Assembly (NCBI GenBank): GCA_963766325.1
Contig: CAVXZF010000013.1
Span: 71,653-135,652 of the forward strand
Reading direction: 5' to 3'
Origin: an uncultured Actinomycetota bacterium
GTDB taxonomy: Bacteria; Actinomycetota; Actinomycetes; Mycobacteriales; CADCTP01
Length of the DNA stretch: 64,000 nucleotides
The position numbers and the translations under genes were made by a program. The notes beneath the pieces are model-generated. The model was not told the DNA's origin. It did not search any database and worked only from the letters and a program-made list of their open reading frames with translations. Positions 27,298 to 36,120 of this stretch are shown piece by piece; within the stretch, counting starts at the first letter, position 1; each line of letters opens with the position of its first letter.

Positions 27298-30200
27298 TCA
27301 CCCTGAAGGACTCATGAGCTTCTCGATCACCCGAAGGATCTGGATGGCGATGAAGCCTGCTCTCGTCCTCAGGCTGCTTCCTGGTGGGGGATAGGCGCTC
27401 TCCGGTGACACTCGTTCCACCGGATAGCGCTCCGGGAAGCCGACCAGCGGTTCCGTCTCCGGAGGTGGCGGCTCCTCCCACGGGGGCGTGACCGTGATCT
27501 CCGGCTCGTCCTCCGACGAGCCGCCCGGACTCTCCGACTCAGCGTCGATGTGCAGGCCACCGTGGTCGCCGGTCAGGCAACTGAGCGCCGCGGCAAGGCT
27601 CCCGTCGCAGCCGTCCGGGTCTCCACCGGAACCGCCGCCGAGGATCGAGCTCAGCTCCTCGTCGTCGGTCCCGCCGCTGTCGCAGCCGACCACCGGACCG
27701 CCACCGAAGAAGTTGATGATCGAACAGCGACCGTCCTCCGGGTCCGGGGTGATCTCCCGGATCGGTCCCTGGTCCGCCGGCACGTTGATCAGCGGACCCA
27801 GGTCGAGGTCGTCGATCGGGGTGACACAGCACGCCGGGCCGGGGTCCGCCTGCTGCTCACTCCAGTTGTGGATGACTTCCTGCTGCCGCTCCTGCGACAT
27901 GCCGGAGGTGATGCAGGGGCTTCCCGCGTCGGCACCGACGGGAACGCACAGCCCGCTGGGGTCCGCGTGGGTGACCGGGTTGTTGAGCCCGTAGGCGTAG
28001 GGGTTGATCGTCTGGGGGCGGGCCAGGTCGTAGAGGGGGTCCGTGGTCAGGAAGCGACCGATGACCGGGTCGTAGTAGCGGGCGTTGAGGTAGTTGAGGC
28101 CGGTGCGGTCGTCTTCGATCTGTCCGATCCAGCCGCGGTCGGTGGCCGGTTCGTCGGTGGTGCCTCGTTCCCCCCCGTACGGCAGGTAGGCACGGGTGAC
28201 CGACGGGGTGTTGGACCCGCTGGGAACGACGAGCTCCACCGAGTTCTGGTTGTCGGCGACGAGGTGGTCGACGCCGTGGGCGGTGCGGGTGCCGACGGCA
28301 GCGCCGTCCAAGGTGTAGGTGCGGACGACCTTGATCTCGCTGCCGCTGTTGTTGGCGTTGATCTCGTGGCCTTCGATGTACGCGGTGGCGCCGTCGACGT
28401 GGCGGCGCACCAGCCGGCTGCCGTCGGCGTCGTAGACGAAGCTGTTCTTGACGTTGCCGTTGGCCTCGCGGATCTCGTCGAGGAACCGGTCCGGTCCCCA
28501 GGCGACGGTGTCGGTGTTGCCGCCGACGGTGCGGGTGGCCTGCTGGCCGTTGGCGTCCCAGGTGTAGGTCCAGTCGTCCGACGCGCTAGGGCCGTCGATC
28601 GCGGTGGCGGCGTGTGGCCGGGCCGCGGTCGCCCCGGCCGGGTAGCTGTAGCTGAAGGTGTTGGTCTGGTCGGCACCTTCGACGCGGCGGGTGAGGTTGC
28701 CATCGGTGCTGTAGCTGTAGGTGTGGTGGTAGGCGAAGTTGGCGTCGCCCGCGCCGGGGGTGCCGGCGCAGGTGTCGGCCGGCGCCGTGGTGTAGGCGCG
28801 GGTGAGCCGGATGCGCTGGTCGTAGCCGAAGCACTCCCGCCAGGTCTTCGCCGCCAGCGTGGTGTTGCGCTCGGTGATGTTGCCGACCGGGTCGTAGCCG
28901 ATCTGGCGGTCCTGGACGACGGTGCCGGCGGCGTTGGCCTGCATCCGGCCCAGCCGCTGGTTGGCGTCGTACTCCCGCAGGGTCAGCAGCGCGCTGCTGC
29001 CCGTGGTGGCGCCGTAGCCCCACACCGCCGGCCGGGCGCGGTCGTCGTAGCCGAAGCCGGTGGCGTAGCTATAGTCCTGGTCGACCGGGCTGGTCGGAAG
29101 GAGCGTGCCGTCCAGCTTGGTGGGCAGCCCGAGGCTGTTGTAGGTGGTGGTGACGGTCTCGGCCGGCAGACCGCCGTTCTGCGGGTCGCCGACCTGGGGG
29201 TAGGCGACCGAGACGAGGTGGTCGGCGCGGTCGTGGCCGTAGCCGACCTGGTAGACGCCCTCCAGGCCGGGGACGTCGGCGCTGTAGAGCGTCCAGGACC
29301 TGCCGGTGGGCCGGGACCGGCCGTCGTAGCCGGTGACGTCGACGATGTACGCGCCCGGATGCTGCCCGGTGTGCTGCCACCGGGACGACCGGTTGAGCAG
29401 GCCGAGCTCCCCGGCGGCGTCGTACTCCCAGGAGGCCAGCCGGGTTCCGGTGGTGGCGCTGTCCTTGCGCCGCTCGGTGGGGCGGTCGATCGCGTCGTAG
29501 TTGGTGTAGATCCGCACGTTCCTGGCGTCGGTGACGAGGGTCTGGTTACCGGCGGGGTCGTAGCCGTAGGACCAGCTGCCGGCGTCCGGGTCCGACATGG
29601 CGGTGCGGCGGCCGGCCAGGTCGTAGTCGTAGCTGATCTGATGGTCGGCGGGGTCGGTGACGGTGGTGAGGTCGCCGGCGGCGTTGTAGCCGTACCGGGT
29701 GGTGGCCCACTGACTGCCGTCCTGCTCGGCGACGGACACCGGGCGGTCGTAGGCGTCGGTGACGGTGACGACGTCCCCGCCGACGTGCCGGTCGACGGCG
29801 GCCGAGTTGTGGGTGTAGCGCGTGAACGTGGAGTGACTGAGCTGGGTGCCGGCCCAGAAGAGCTCCCAGAAGGGCCGGGACAGCTCGTCGTAGGCGATCT
29901 GGGTGCGGTTGGCCCACCCGGCCGGCGGTGCGGGGAGGACCCCGGTGCCGGGAGTACCGGTGACCGCCTCGGCCGGGGTGACGAAGTGCTTGTTCCCGCG
30001 GTCGTCGTAGCTGGTGTCGACGACGATCACCTTGCCGGCCGCCGGGGACAGCCGCTGGTTCTGCCGCTCCCGCAGCATGCTGTCGTAGACCGACCAGGCG
30101 TCCACGTAGACGGTGGGGTTCGTGGACTGCAGCCGGCGGGTCCGCACGATCGGCGGCTTGCCCTTGGCGGGGTCGATGGCGTACGAGAACTCCCAGGAGG

Positions 30201-33200
30201 CCGGACCCGACGTGGGCTCGGTCGGCTGGAATGCCTTCGTGACCCGTCCCAGCGGGTCGTACGTGTAGCTGGTGGCCTTCCCGTTGGGGTTGATCTCCCT
30301 CGCCGGCGCCTGGCGTTCGATGAACCACTCCTGGCGGGTCTTGTGGCCGAGATGGTTGGTGACCTCGGTCGCGGTCGGGTACCCGCCGGAGGAGGGGGTG
30401 AGGTACGCGGTGGTCGTGCGGTGCTGGTTGGGGTCGGTGACCTGCAGCGGCCGGCCCAGCGCGTCGTACGTCGTGGCCGTGGACGCCCACGCCGTCGAGG
30501 TGAGCCGGGTCCGGGACCCGGTCGGGTTGCCACGGGTGGGCGGGACGCCGACGGCGCCGTTGTCGTACGAGGTCTCGCTCTCCCGCATGACCGTGGTGGA
30601 CGAGCAGGCCCCCCGTACCAGAGCCTGCAACTTCGGGTAGTCGAGCATCCAGGCGTCGAAGTTGAAGGCGTATTGGGTCTTGGTGCAGCGCTCGTCGCCG
30701 GTCTGGTCCAGCCAACCCTCTTCGAGCACCGTCTCCGGGAAGTGCAGGAACCCGTTGTACGCGGTGGTGGTGCGCTTGCGGGCGAACCCGCCCTCGGGCG
30801 TCCGGCGCCGCTCGGTCGCGGTTTCCTCGCCCGACCAGTTGGCCGACCTCTCCGAGTCGGGCTCGTTACCCCCGGTGGTGTCGTCGTCGACCGTGGTAAG
30901 AGTCTTGTAGGTGCGCAGCGTCCCGCGTTCGGTGGCGCCGCCCTTGAGCTGGGCCTCGTCGAAGGTGAGACCGGCCAGCCAGTTGAAGTCGCGGGCGGTG
31001 ACCGTCGTGTCGTCCAGCCCGTGGATGTCGACGGTCTTCGTGGTGGTGCTGTTGGCGATGCGGTCGTCGTGCATGCCGCGGAACACCCGGTAGCGCGTCA
31101 CCGAGCTCCCCTGGGTCATGGTCGCGGTGCCGTAGCCGCGCCAGTCCGACCAGGACTGGTCGGAGAGCTTGACGAACTCGTCCGCGTCGTGGTGCCACGC
31201 CGGGTGCTCGTCGCCGGCGATCCCGTAGCCGTAGGTGTAGGTCATGGCCGGTGACCCGCCCGTGGTGTCCTCCACCCTGACCTGGGTGACCAGCCACTTG
31301 TGGAAGATCCCGAACTGGGTCGGGCCGCCCTCGGGGGTCCACTGCTGGGGGAAGCAGTCGTACCGGTTGTCGTCCCAGCCCCCGGTCGGGTAGGGGTCAC
31401 CGTTGTCGCACGGGTGCGGCCGGCCGTACGTCGCCGTGACCTTGCGGCCGAACTCGTCGGTGACGGTCCCCATCCGGTAGTGCGGCATCCGGGACGCCGT
31501 CGACCCCGGGGCGACCACCCGGTTGTCCAGCTTCACCAGGTCGAACGTCACGCCCGGCAGGGTGAGCGGGGTGGCGCCGGCCAGGCCGGTGCGCTGCACG
31601 CCCTTCAGGTACAGCTTGCGGTCCCCGCCGCCGTTGTCCGCGTGCTCGTGGGTCAGCGTCACATCGTCGACCGGCTTGAACGTGGTCCCCACCCGCACCG
31701 ACGGGACGATCTTGGTGTAGCGCTTGGTGGAGAAGAACGTGGGCGACGTCTGGCTGCACCCGCTGCTGCACAGCAGGTCCAGCGGCACGTCCGGGTAGTC
31801 GGCCGGTGAGCTCGCCGAAGTCGGCGCCGGGCACGTCCCACCGACGTCCAGCGCCGCGCACCGGTGGCCGGCGCCGAACTCCACCTTGACCGCGGGTGCC
31901 TGGGTCGAGCCTTTCCGCGAGCCGTACTCGAGGAATTGCAGCCGCCCGCCCCGGACGTAGGACCGCTCACCCTGCAGCCCCATCACGGCCAGGTACTTGT
32001 TGGTCTCCTTGAAGTACCTGTACGTGGTCACGTTGTCGTTCGGGTCCACGACCCGGTCCAGCATCCAGCGCCAGCCCTGGTCGCAGATCTGGCCGGGGCT
32101 GGTCCGGCAGGGCTCCCCCGGGTGATTGCCGACCACCGGCACCGTCCACACCGAGCTGGTCGCCGTGTTGGTGTCCGGGTTCACCCCCAGGCCGAAGAAG
32201 TACTGGGTGCCGTCCGGCGTGGTGACCCGCCAGTACTCCCTGTCGTTGTCGCCGTTCGCGAAGGTGCCGGTCAGCTGCTCCACCCGCCAGCGCGGGTCCC
32301 GCTTGAGCCGCCACTGGGTGGGGCTCGAGCCGGGCATCCGCACCAGTTCCGACGCCCTCCCGTTCAGCGAGATCGTGGCGTTGTCCGACTTCCAGCACAG
32401 GTCGTAGAACGGTGCCGCGAACTCGTCGACCTCTTCGGCGCAGGTCGTGTAGCGGCGCTCGATGAAGGCCGAGGCGAAGTCGGCCCAGCCCACGCCGTTC
32501 TGCCCGGCCTGGGTGTTGCGGGTGGACACCATCCCGTCCACCGAGCCCGAGGAGTAGTTCAGGCTCACTGCCGGCGCGTTGCCGGCCGGCGGCGCCGGCA
32601 TGGGGGCCTCGTACGACCAGGAGAACTCGCCGGAGCCGACGCCCACCTGCCAGTCGCTGGACACCGACAGCGGCGACGCCTTGAAGTCCCCCGACTCGCC
32701 GGCCGGACCCGAGGTCACCGCCAGCACGACTGCCCCGGTGCCCGCGCTCAAGGCGGCCAGGTCGCCGACCTCGGCCACCAGCCGCTCCGCCGGCCCGTCA
32801 CGGCGGGTCGGGAACGCCGCTCCGCCGGCCCGGCAGCCCTTCGGGCGCGCAGCGGCCAGGGCGCACTCCGGCAGCGCCACCAGCCGCAGCCGGTCCGCGT
32901 AGCCCGACCCGTACCGGCGGGCGAAGCCGGAGTAGTCGATGGCGATCTCGACCGGCAGCGCGCCGCCGCCTGGTGCGGCCAGCTCGCGCTCGCCGGCGCC
33001 CGGCGTCACGCGGAACACGAAGCCGGCCACGCCGGCCCGCTCGGCCGCCGCCCGGTCGAGCACCTCCACCCGCAGCGGCGTACCGGCGCCGGCCGCCGAG
33101 CCGGCCGCCAGCTCCACTGGCGACGCGCCCGCCGCCCGCCACTCGCCCCGGGACCCCAACGTCACATCGGCCTTGTCCGGCCCGGGCAGCACCGCGCGCG

Positions 33201-33441
33201 CGGGCGCCACCGGCTTGTCGACGAGGCGTGGTGCGGAGGCAGCGGCCGGCACCGGCGGAGCCACCGGGTCGTTCCCGGCCGACCAGGGCCTCACCTTCGC
33301 CGGATCCGGACCCTGCCAGTCCGGGGTGCCCGGCGCCCGCTGCTCGGCGGCGGCAGTGGCCGGCGCCAGGCTCGTCACCACCGCCAGCGCCAGCAGCGCC
33401 GCGCCCCCGCGAAACTGGACCGGTCGCTTCACGGAACCCAT
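27298..33441 (-). CDS. secreted RHS/YD-repeat protein RHS1 (2047 aa) with unassigned 216-aa C-terminal tail
   Basis: Signal peptide MGSVKRPVQFRGGAALLALAVVTSLAPATAAAE. Many YD repeats (YDALGRP, YDPLGRV, YDAIDRP, YNSLGLP...). Core end ...LNARYYDPVIGRFLTTDP...NPVTHADPSGL, followed by an acidic Cys-rich tail (27298-27948). Confidence 0.9.
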   Translation of the reverse strand: MGSVKRPVQFRGGAALLALAVVTSLAPATAAAEQRAPGTPDWQGPDPAKVRPWSAGNDPVAPPVPAAASAPRLVDKPVAPARAVLPGPDKADVTLGSRGEWRAAGASPVELAAGSAAGAGTPLRVEVLDRAAAERAGVAGFVFRVTPGAGERELAAPGGGALPVEIAIDYSGFARRYGSGYADRLRLVALPECALAAARPKGCRAGGAAFPTRRDGPAERLVAEVGDLAALSAGTGAVVLAVTSGPAGESGDFKASPLSVSSDWQVGVGSGEFSWSYEAPMPAPPAGNAPAVSLNYSSGSVDGMVSTRNTQAGQNGVGWADFASAFIERRYTTCAEEVDEFAAPFYDLCWKSDNATISLNGRASELVRMPGSSPTQWRLKRDPRWRVEQLTGTFANGDNDREYWRVTTPDGTQYFFGLGVNPDTNTATSSVWTVPVVGNHPGEPCRTSPGQICDQGWRWMLDRVVDPNDNVTTYRYFKETNKYLAVMGLQGERSYVRGGRLQFLEYGSRKGSTQAPAVKVEFGAGHRCAALDVGGTCPAPTSASSPADYPDVPLDLLCSSGCSQTSPTFFSTKRYTKIVPSVRVGTTFKPVDDVTLTHEHADNGGGDRKLYLKGVQRTGLAGATPLTLPGVTFDLVKLDNRVVAPGSTASRMPHYRMGTVTDEFGRKVTATYGRPHPCDNGDPYPTGGWDDNRYDCFPQQWTPEGGPTQFGIFHKWLVTQVRVEDTTGGSPAMTYTYGYGIAGDEHPAWHHDADEFVKLSDQSWSDWRGYGTATMTQGSSVTRYRVFRGMHDDRIANSTTTKTVDIHGLDDTTVTARDFNWLAGLTFDEAQLKGGATERGTLRTYKTLTTVDDDTTGGNEPDSERSANWSGEETATERRRTPEGGFARKRTTTAYNGFLHFPETVLEEGWLDQTGDERCTKTQYAFNFDAWMLDYPKLQALVRGACSSTTVMRESETSYDNGAVGVPPTRGNPTGSRTRLTSTAWASTATTYDALGRPLQVTDPNQHRTTTAYLTPSSGGYPTATEVTNHLGHKTRQEWFIERQAPAREINPNGKATSYTYDPLGRVTKAFQPTEPTSGPASWEFSYAIDPAKGKPPIVRTRRLQSTNPTVYVDAWSVYDSMLRERQNQRLSPAAGKVIVVDTSYDDRGNKHFVTPAEAVTGTPGTGVLPAPPAGWANRTQIAYDELSRPFWELFWAGTQLSHSTFTRYTHNSAAVDRHVGGDVVTVTDAYDRPVSVAEQDGSQWATTRYGYNAAGDLTTVTDPADHQISYDYDLAGRRTAMSDPDAGSWSYGYDPAGNQTLVTDARNVRIYTNYDAIDRPTERRKDSATTGTRLASWEYDAAGELGLLNRSSRWQHTGQHPGAYIVDVTGYDGRSRPTGRSWTLYSADVPGLEGVYQVGYGHDRADHLVSVAYPQVGDPQNGGLPAETVTTTYNSLGLPTKLDGTLLPTSPVDQDYSYATGFGYDDRARPAVWGYGATTGSSALLTLREYDANQRLGRMQANAAGTVVQDRQIGYDPVGNITERNTTLAAKTWRECFGYDQRIRLTRAYTTAPADTCAGTPGAGDANFAYHHTYSYSTDGNLTRRVEGADQTNTFSYSYPAGATAARPHAATAIDGPSASDDWTYTWDANGQQATRTVGGNTDTVAWGPDRFLDEIREANGNVKNSFVYDADGSRLVRRHVDGATAYIEGHEINANNSGSEIKVVRTYTLDGAAVGTRTAHGVDHLVADNQNSVELVVPSGSNTPSVTRAYLPYGGERGTTDEPATDRGWIGQIEDDRTGLNYLNARYYDPVIGRFLTTDPLYDLARPQTINPYAYGLNNPVTHADPSGLCVPVGADAGSPCITSGMSQERQQEVIHNWSEQQADPGPACCVTPIDDLDLGPLINVPADQGPIREITPDPEDGRCSIINFFGGGPVVGCDSGGTDDEELSSILGGGSGGDPDGCDGSLAAALSCLTGDHGGLHIDAESESPGGSSEDEPEITVTPPWEEPPPPETEPLVGFPERYPVERVSPESAYPPPGSSLRTRAGFIAIQILRVIEKLMSPSG

Positions 33442-33446
33442 CGCCG

Positions 33447-33594
33447 CCTCCAGATCGTGAGCGGGCCGGCCGGCACCCCGGGCCGAGCGGGCGGGCGCAG
33501 CGCCGCCAGACGGCCGGAGGAGTCGACACCAGAGCGCAGACGGAATGATTCAGGTGCGTATCCGGCACCGAAAGGCCACTACGAGGCCACTTCG
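33447..33594 (-). promoter_or_regulatory. conserved RHS 5' leader (paralogue of 40225-40369)
   Basis: The 25-mer CCTCCAGATCGTGAGCGGGCCGGCC (33447-33471, covering the RBS) is identical to 40225-40249. AGGCCACT at 33573-33580 and 33584-33591 has an 11-nt period, mirrored at 40348-40366. Confidence 0.6.
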
Positions 33595-33783
33595 CACCGT
33601 AACCGGGCCCAGGCGGCTGGCCGCCGACGCCGTCACCAGAGGTAACCGCGGCCCTGGCCGGTTCGGCTGGCAAGCCATGGGAGCGGTCAGTTAGACACTG
33701 TCGGCGTACGAGGGAATGATTCCGGCAGCCGGCCGCCATCCAGACAGGCCGCTTCTGGCCATCGAGAGGGGAACCGACGCACG

Positions 33784-36120
33784 ATGACTTCCGACGCCGG
33801 ACCCGGGACCGACGGGTCGGCACTGGCGGCGCTGATCCGCGCCTGGCGGGAGCGTGCGCTGCTCACCCAGGAACTGCTCGCCGACCGGGCCGGGTTGGGC
33901 GTGCGCACCATCCGGCGGCTCGAGTCCGGCAGCCTGCGCCGCCCCCGCAGCGGTTCGATGCGGCTGCTCGCCGACGCCCTCGGCCTGAGCGACCAGGAGC
34001 GGGCGCTGCTGACCGCGGCGGCCCGCGGCGGCCCGCCGGCGTCGCAGCCGACCGTCCCGCACCAGCTGCCCGCGGACGTGGCCGGGTTCGCCGGTCGGGT
34101 CGACTTCCTGGCCCGCCTGGACGCCCTGCTGGCCTCGACCGGCGGTGCGCAGCCGACCGCGGTGGTGATCTCCGCGGTCTCGGGTACGGCCGGGGTGGGC
34201 AAGACCGCCCTGGCGGTGCACTGGGCGCACCGGATCCGCGGGCGGTTCCCGGACGGGCAGCTGTACGTGAACCTGCGCGGGTTCGACTCGGCGGGGCAGG
34301 TGACGACCCCGGCCGAGGCCCTGCGCGGGTTCCTCGACGCCCTGCAGGTGCCGGTCGCGCGCATCCCGGCGAGCCTGGATGCGCAGGCCGCGCTCTACCG
34401 CAGCCTGATGGACGGCAAGCAGATGCTGGTGGTGCTCGACAACGCCCGCGACGCCGGGCAGGTGCGCCCGCTGCTGCCCGGCAGCCCGACCGTGATGGTG
34501 CTGGTGACCAGCCGCCGCCTGCTCACCAGCCTGGTGGCCGCCGAGGGTGCCCATCCGCTCACCCTGGACCTGCTGACCCCGGACGAAGCCCGGGAGCTGC
34601 TGACCCGCCGGCTCGGCCCGGAGCGCATCGCCGCCGAGCCCGAGGCGGTCAGCGAGATCATCACCGGGTGCGCGCGGCTACCGCTGGCGCTGACGATCGT
34701 GGCCGCCCGCGCCACCCAGTCCGATCTTCCGCTCGCCGTGCTGGCGGCCGAGCTCGCGAAGGACCGCGCGCGCCTGGACACGCTCGATGCCGGCGACCCG
34801 GTCAGCGAGGTACGAGCGGTGTTCTCCTGGTCCTACACCGCGCTCAGCCCGGCCGCGGGGCGGCTGTTCCGGTTGCTCGGACTGCATCCCGGCCCGGACG
34901 CCTCCGCGGCGGCGGCAGCCAGCCTGGTCGGCCTCCCGGCCCGACAGACCCGCCAGCTGCTGGCCGAGCTCGCCGGGGGCAGCCTGCTGACCGAGCGCGC
35001 TCCCGACCGGTACGCCTTTCACGACCTCCTCCGCGTCTACGCCGCGGACCTGGCCGGCAGCCACGATCCCGTGGCTCAACGCCGGGCCGCCCTCGGCCGG
35101 GTGCTCGACCACTACGTGCACACCGCCTATGCCGCCGCCCGGCTGCTCAACCCGCACCGCGACCCGATCGCCCTCCCCCTGACCCGGCCGGCGCCCGGCG
35201 TCATCCCGGAAGACCTCGTCGACGAGAGGCACGCGCTCGACTGGCTGACCGCCGAGCGTCCGGTCCTGGTCGCCACGGTCCGGCACGCCGCCGGTGCCGG
35301 GTTCGACACCCGGACCTGGCAGCTGGCCTGGGCGCTCGACAACTTCCTTGACTGGCAGGGCCACTGGGACGACTTCGCCACCGTCTGGCACGCCGCGTTG
35401 GAGGCCGCGGTGCGGCTCGAAGACCCGGCCGCACAGGCCTATGCCCACGGCGGCCTCGCCCGCGCCGACACCCGGCAGGGCCGCTACGACCGGGCCCGCG
35501 ACCGCTGCCTGCGCGCGCTCGACCTGTACGGGCAGGCCGGCGACGCCGCCAGCCAGTCGCACACGCACTGCTATCTCACCTACGTGTGCGACCGGCAGGG
35601 CCGGCCCGACCAGGCTCTCCGGCACGCCGAGCAGGCCCTCGTCCTGGCCCGGGCCGCCGGACACCGCCGCGGGCAGGCTGCCGCCCTCAACGCCGTCGGC
35701 TGGTGCCAGACCCAGCTCGGCGACCATCACCGCGCCCTCGCCTGCTGCGAGGAGGCGCTCACGCTGGTCCGGCAGCTCGGCGACCGCGCCGGGGAGGCCG
35801 GCACGTGGGACAGTCTCGGCTACGCCCACCACCACGCCGGCCAGCACCCACAGGCCGCGGACGCGTACCGGCACGCCCTCGATCTCTACCGGGATCTCGG
35901 CGACCGCTTCGGCGAAGCGGACACCCTCACCCGCCTCGGCGACAGCCGGCACACCGCGGGCGACCCCGCCGGCGCGGGCACCGCCTGGCGACAGGCGCTG
36001 GACATCCTCACCGAGCTCGGCCACCCCGACACCGACAGCCTCCGCGCCAAGCTCGACGACCTCGACCTGCCGCTCACTGCGAGTCGTAGTACGAGTCGAC
36101 GGCGGCGTAGCAGCCGATGA
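33784..36120 (+). CDS. STAND NTPase: XRE-type HTH + NB-ARC P-loop + TPR repeats
   Basis: HTH LIRAWRERALLTQELLADRAGLGVRTIRRLESG. Walker A GTAGVGKTALA. LVVLDNA. Arm RLPLAL. C-terminal TPR-like repeats (..AQAYAHGGLARA.., ..ALNAVGWCQTQLGD.., ..TWDSLGYAHHHAGQ..). Confidence 0.85.
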   Translation: MTSDAGPGTDGSALAALIRAWRERALLTQELLADRAGLGVRTIRRLESGSLRRPRSGSMRLLADALGLSDQERALLTAAARGGPPASQPTVPHQLPADVAGFAGRVDFLARLDALLASTGGAQPTAVVISAVSGTAGVGKTALAVHWAHRIRGRFPDGQLYVNLRGFDSAGQVTTPAEALRGFLDALQVPVARIPASLDAQAALYRSLMDGKQMLVVLDNARDAGQVRPLLPGSPTVMVLVTSRRLLTSLVAAEGAHPLTLDLLTPDEARELLTRRLGPERIAAEPEAVSEIITGCARLPLALTIVAARATQSDLPLAVLAAELAKDRARLDTLDAGDPVSEVRAVFSWSYTALSPAAGRLFRLLGLHPGPDASAAAAASLVGLPARQTRQLLAELAGGSLLTERAPDRYAFHDLLRVYAADLAGSHDPVAQRRAALGRVLDHYVHTAYAAARLLNPHRDPIALPLTRPAPGVIPEDLVDERHALDWLTAERPVLVATVRHAAGAGFDTRTWQLAWALDNFLDWQGHWDDFATVWHAALEAAVRLEDPAAQAYAHGGLARADTRQGRYDRARDRCLRALDLYGQAGDAASQSHTHCYLTYVCDRQGRPDQALRHAEQALVLARAAGHRRGQAAALNAVGWCQTQLGDHHRALACCEEALTLVRQLGDRAGEAGTWDSLGYAHHHAGQHPQAADAYRHALDLYRDLGDRFGEADTLTRLGDSRHTAGDPAGAGTAWRQALDILTELGHPDTDSLRAKLDDLDLPLTASRSTSRRRRSSR

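Noticed and set aside
27550-31254. 1234-aa plus-strand ORF, and similar ones at 35294-39049 and 54987-57116
   Set aside because: They are antisense to the RHS genes. Their composition is dominated by G/V/R/D from the antisense of YD-repeat codons, with no start context or motifs.
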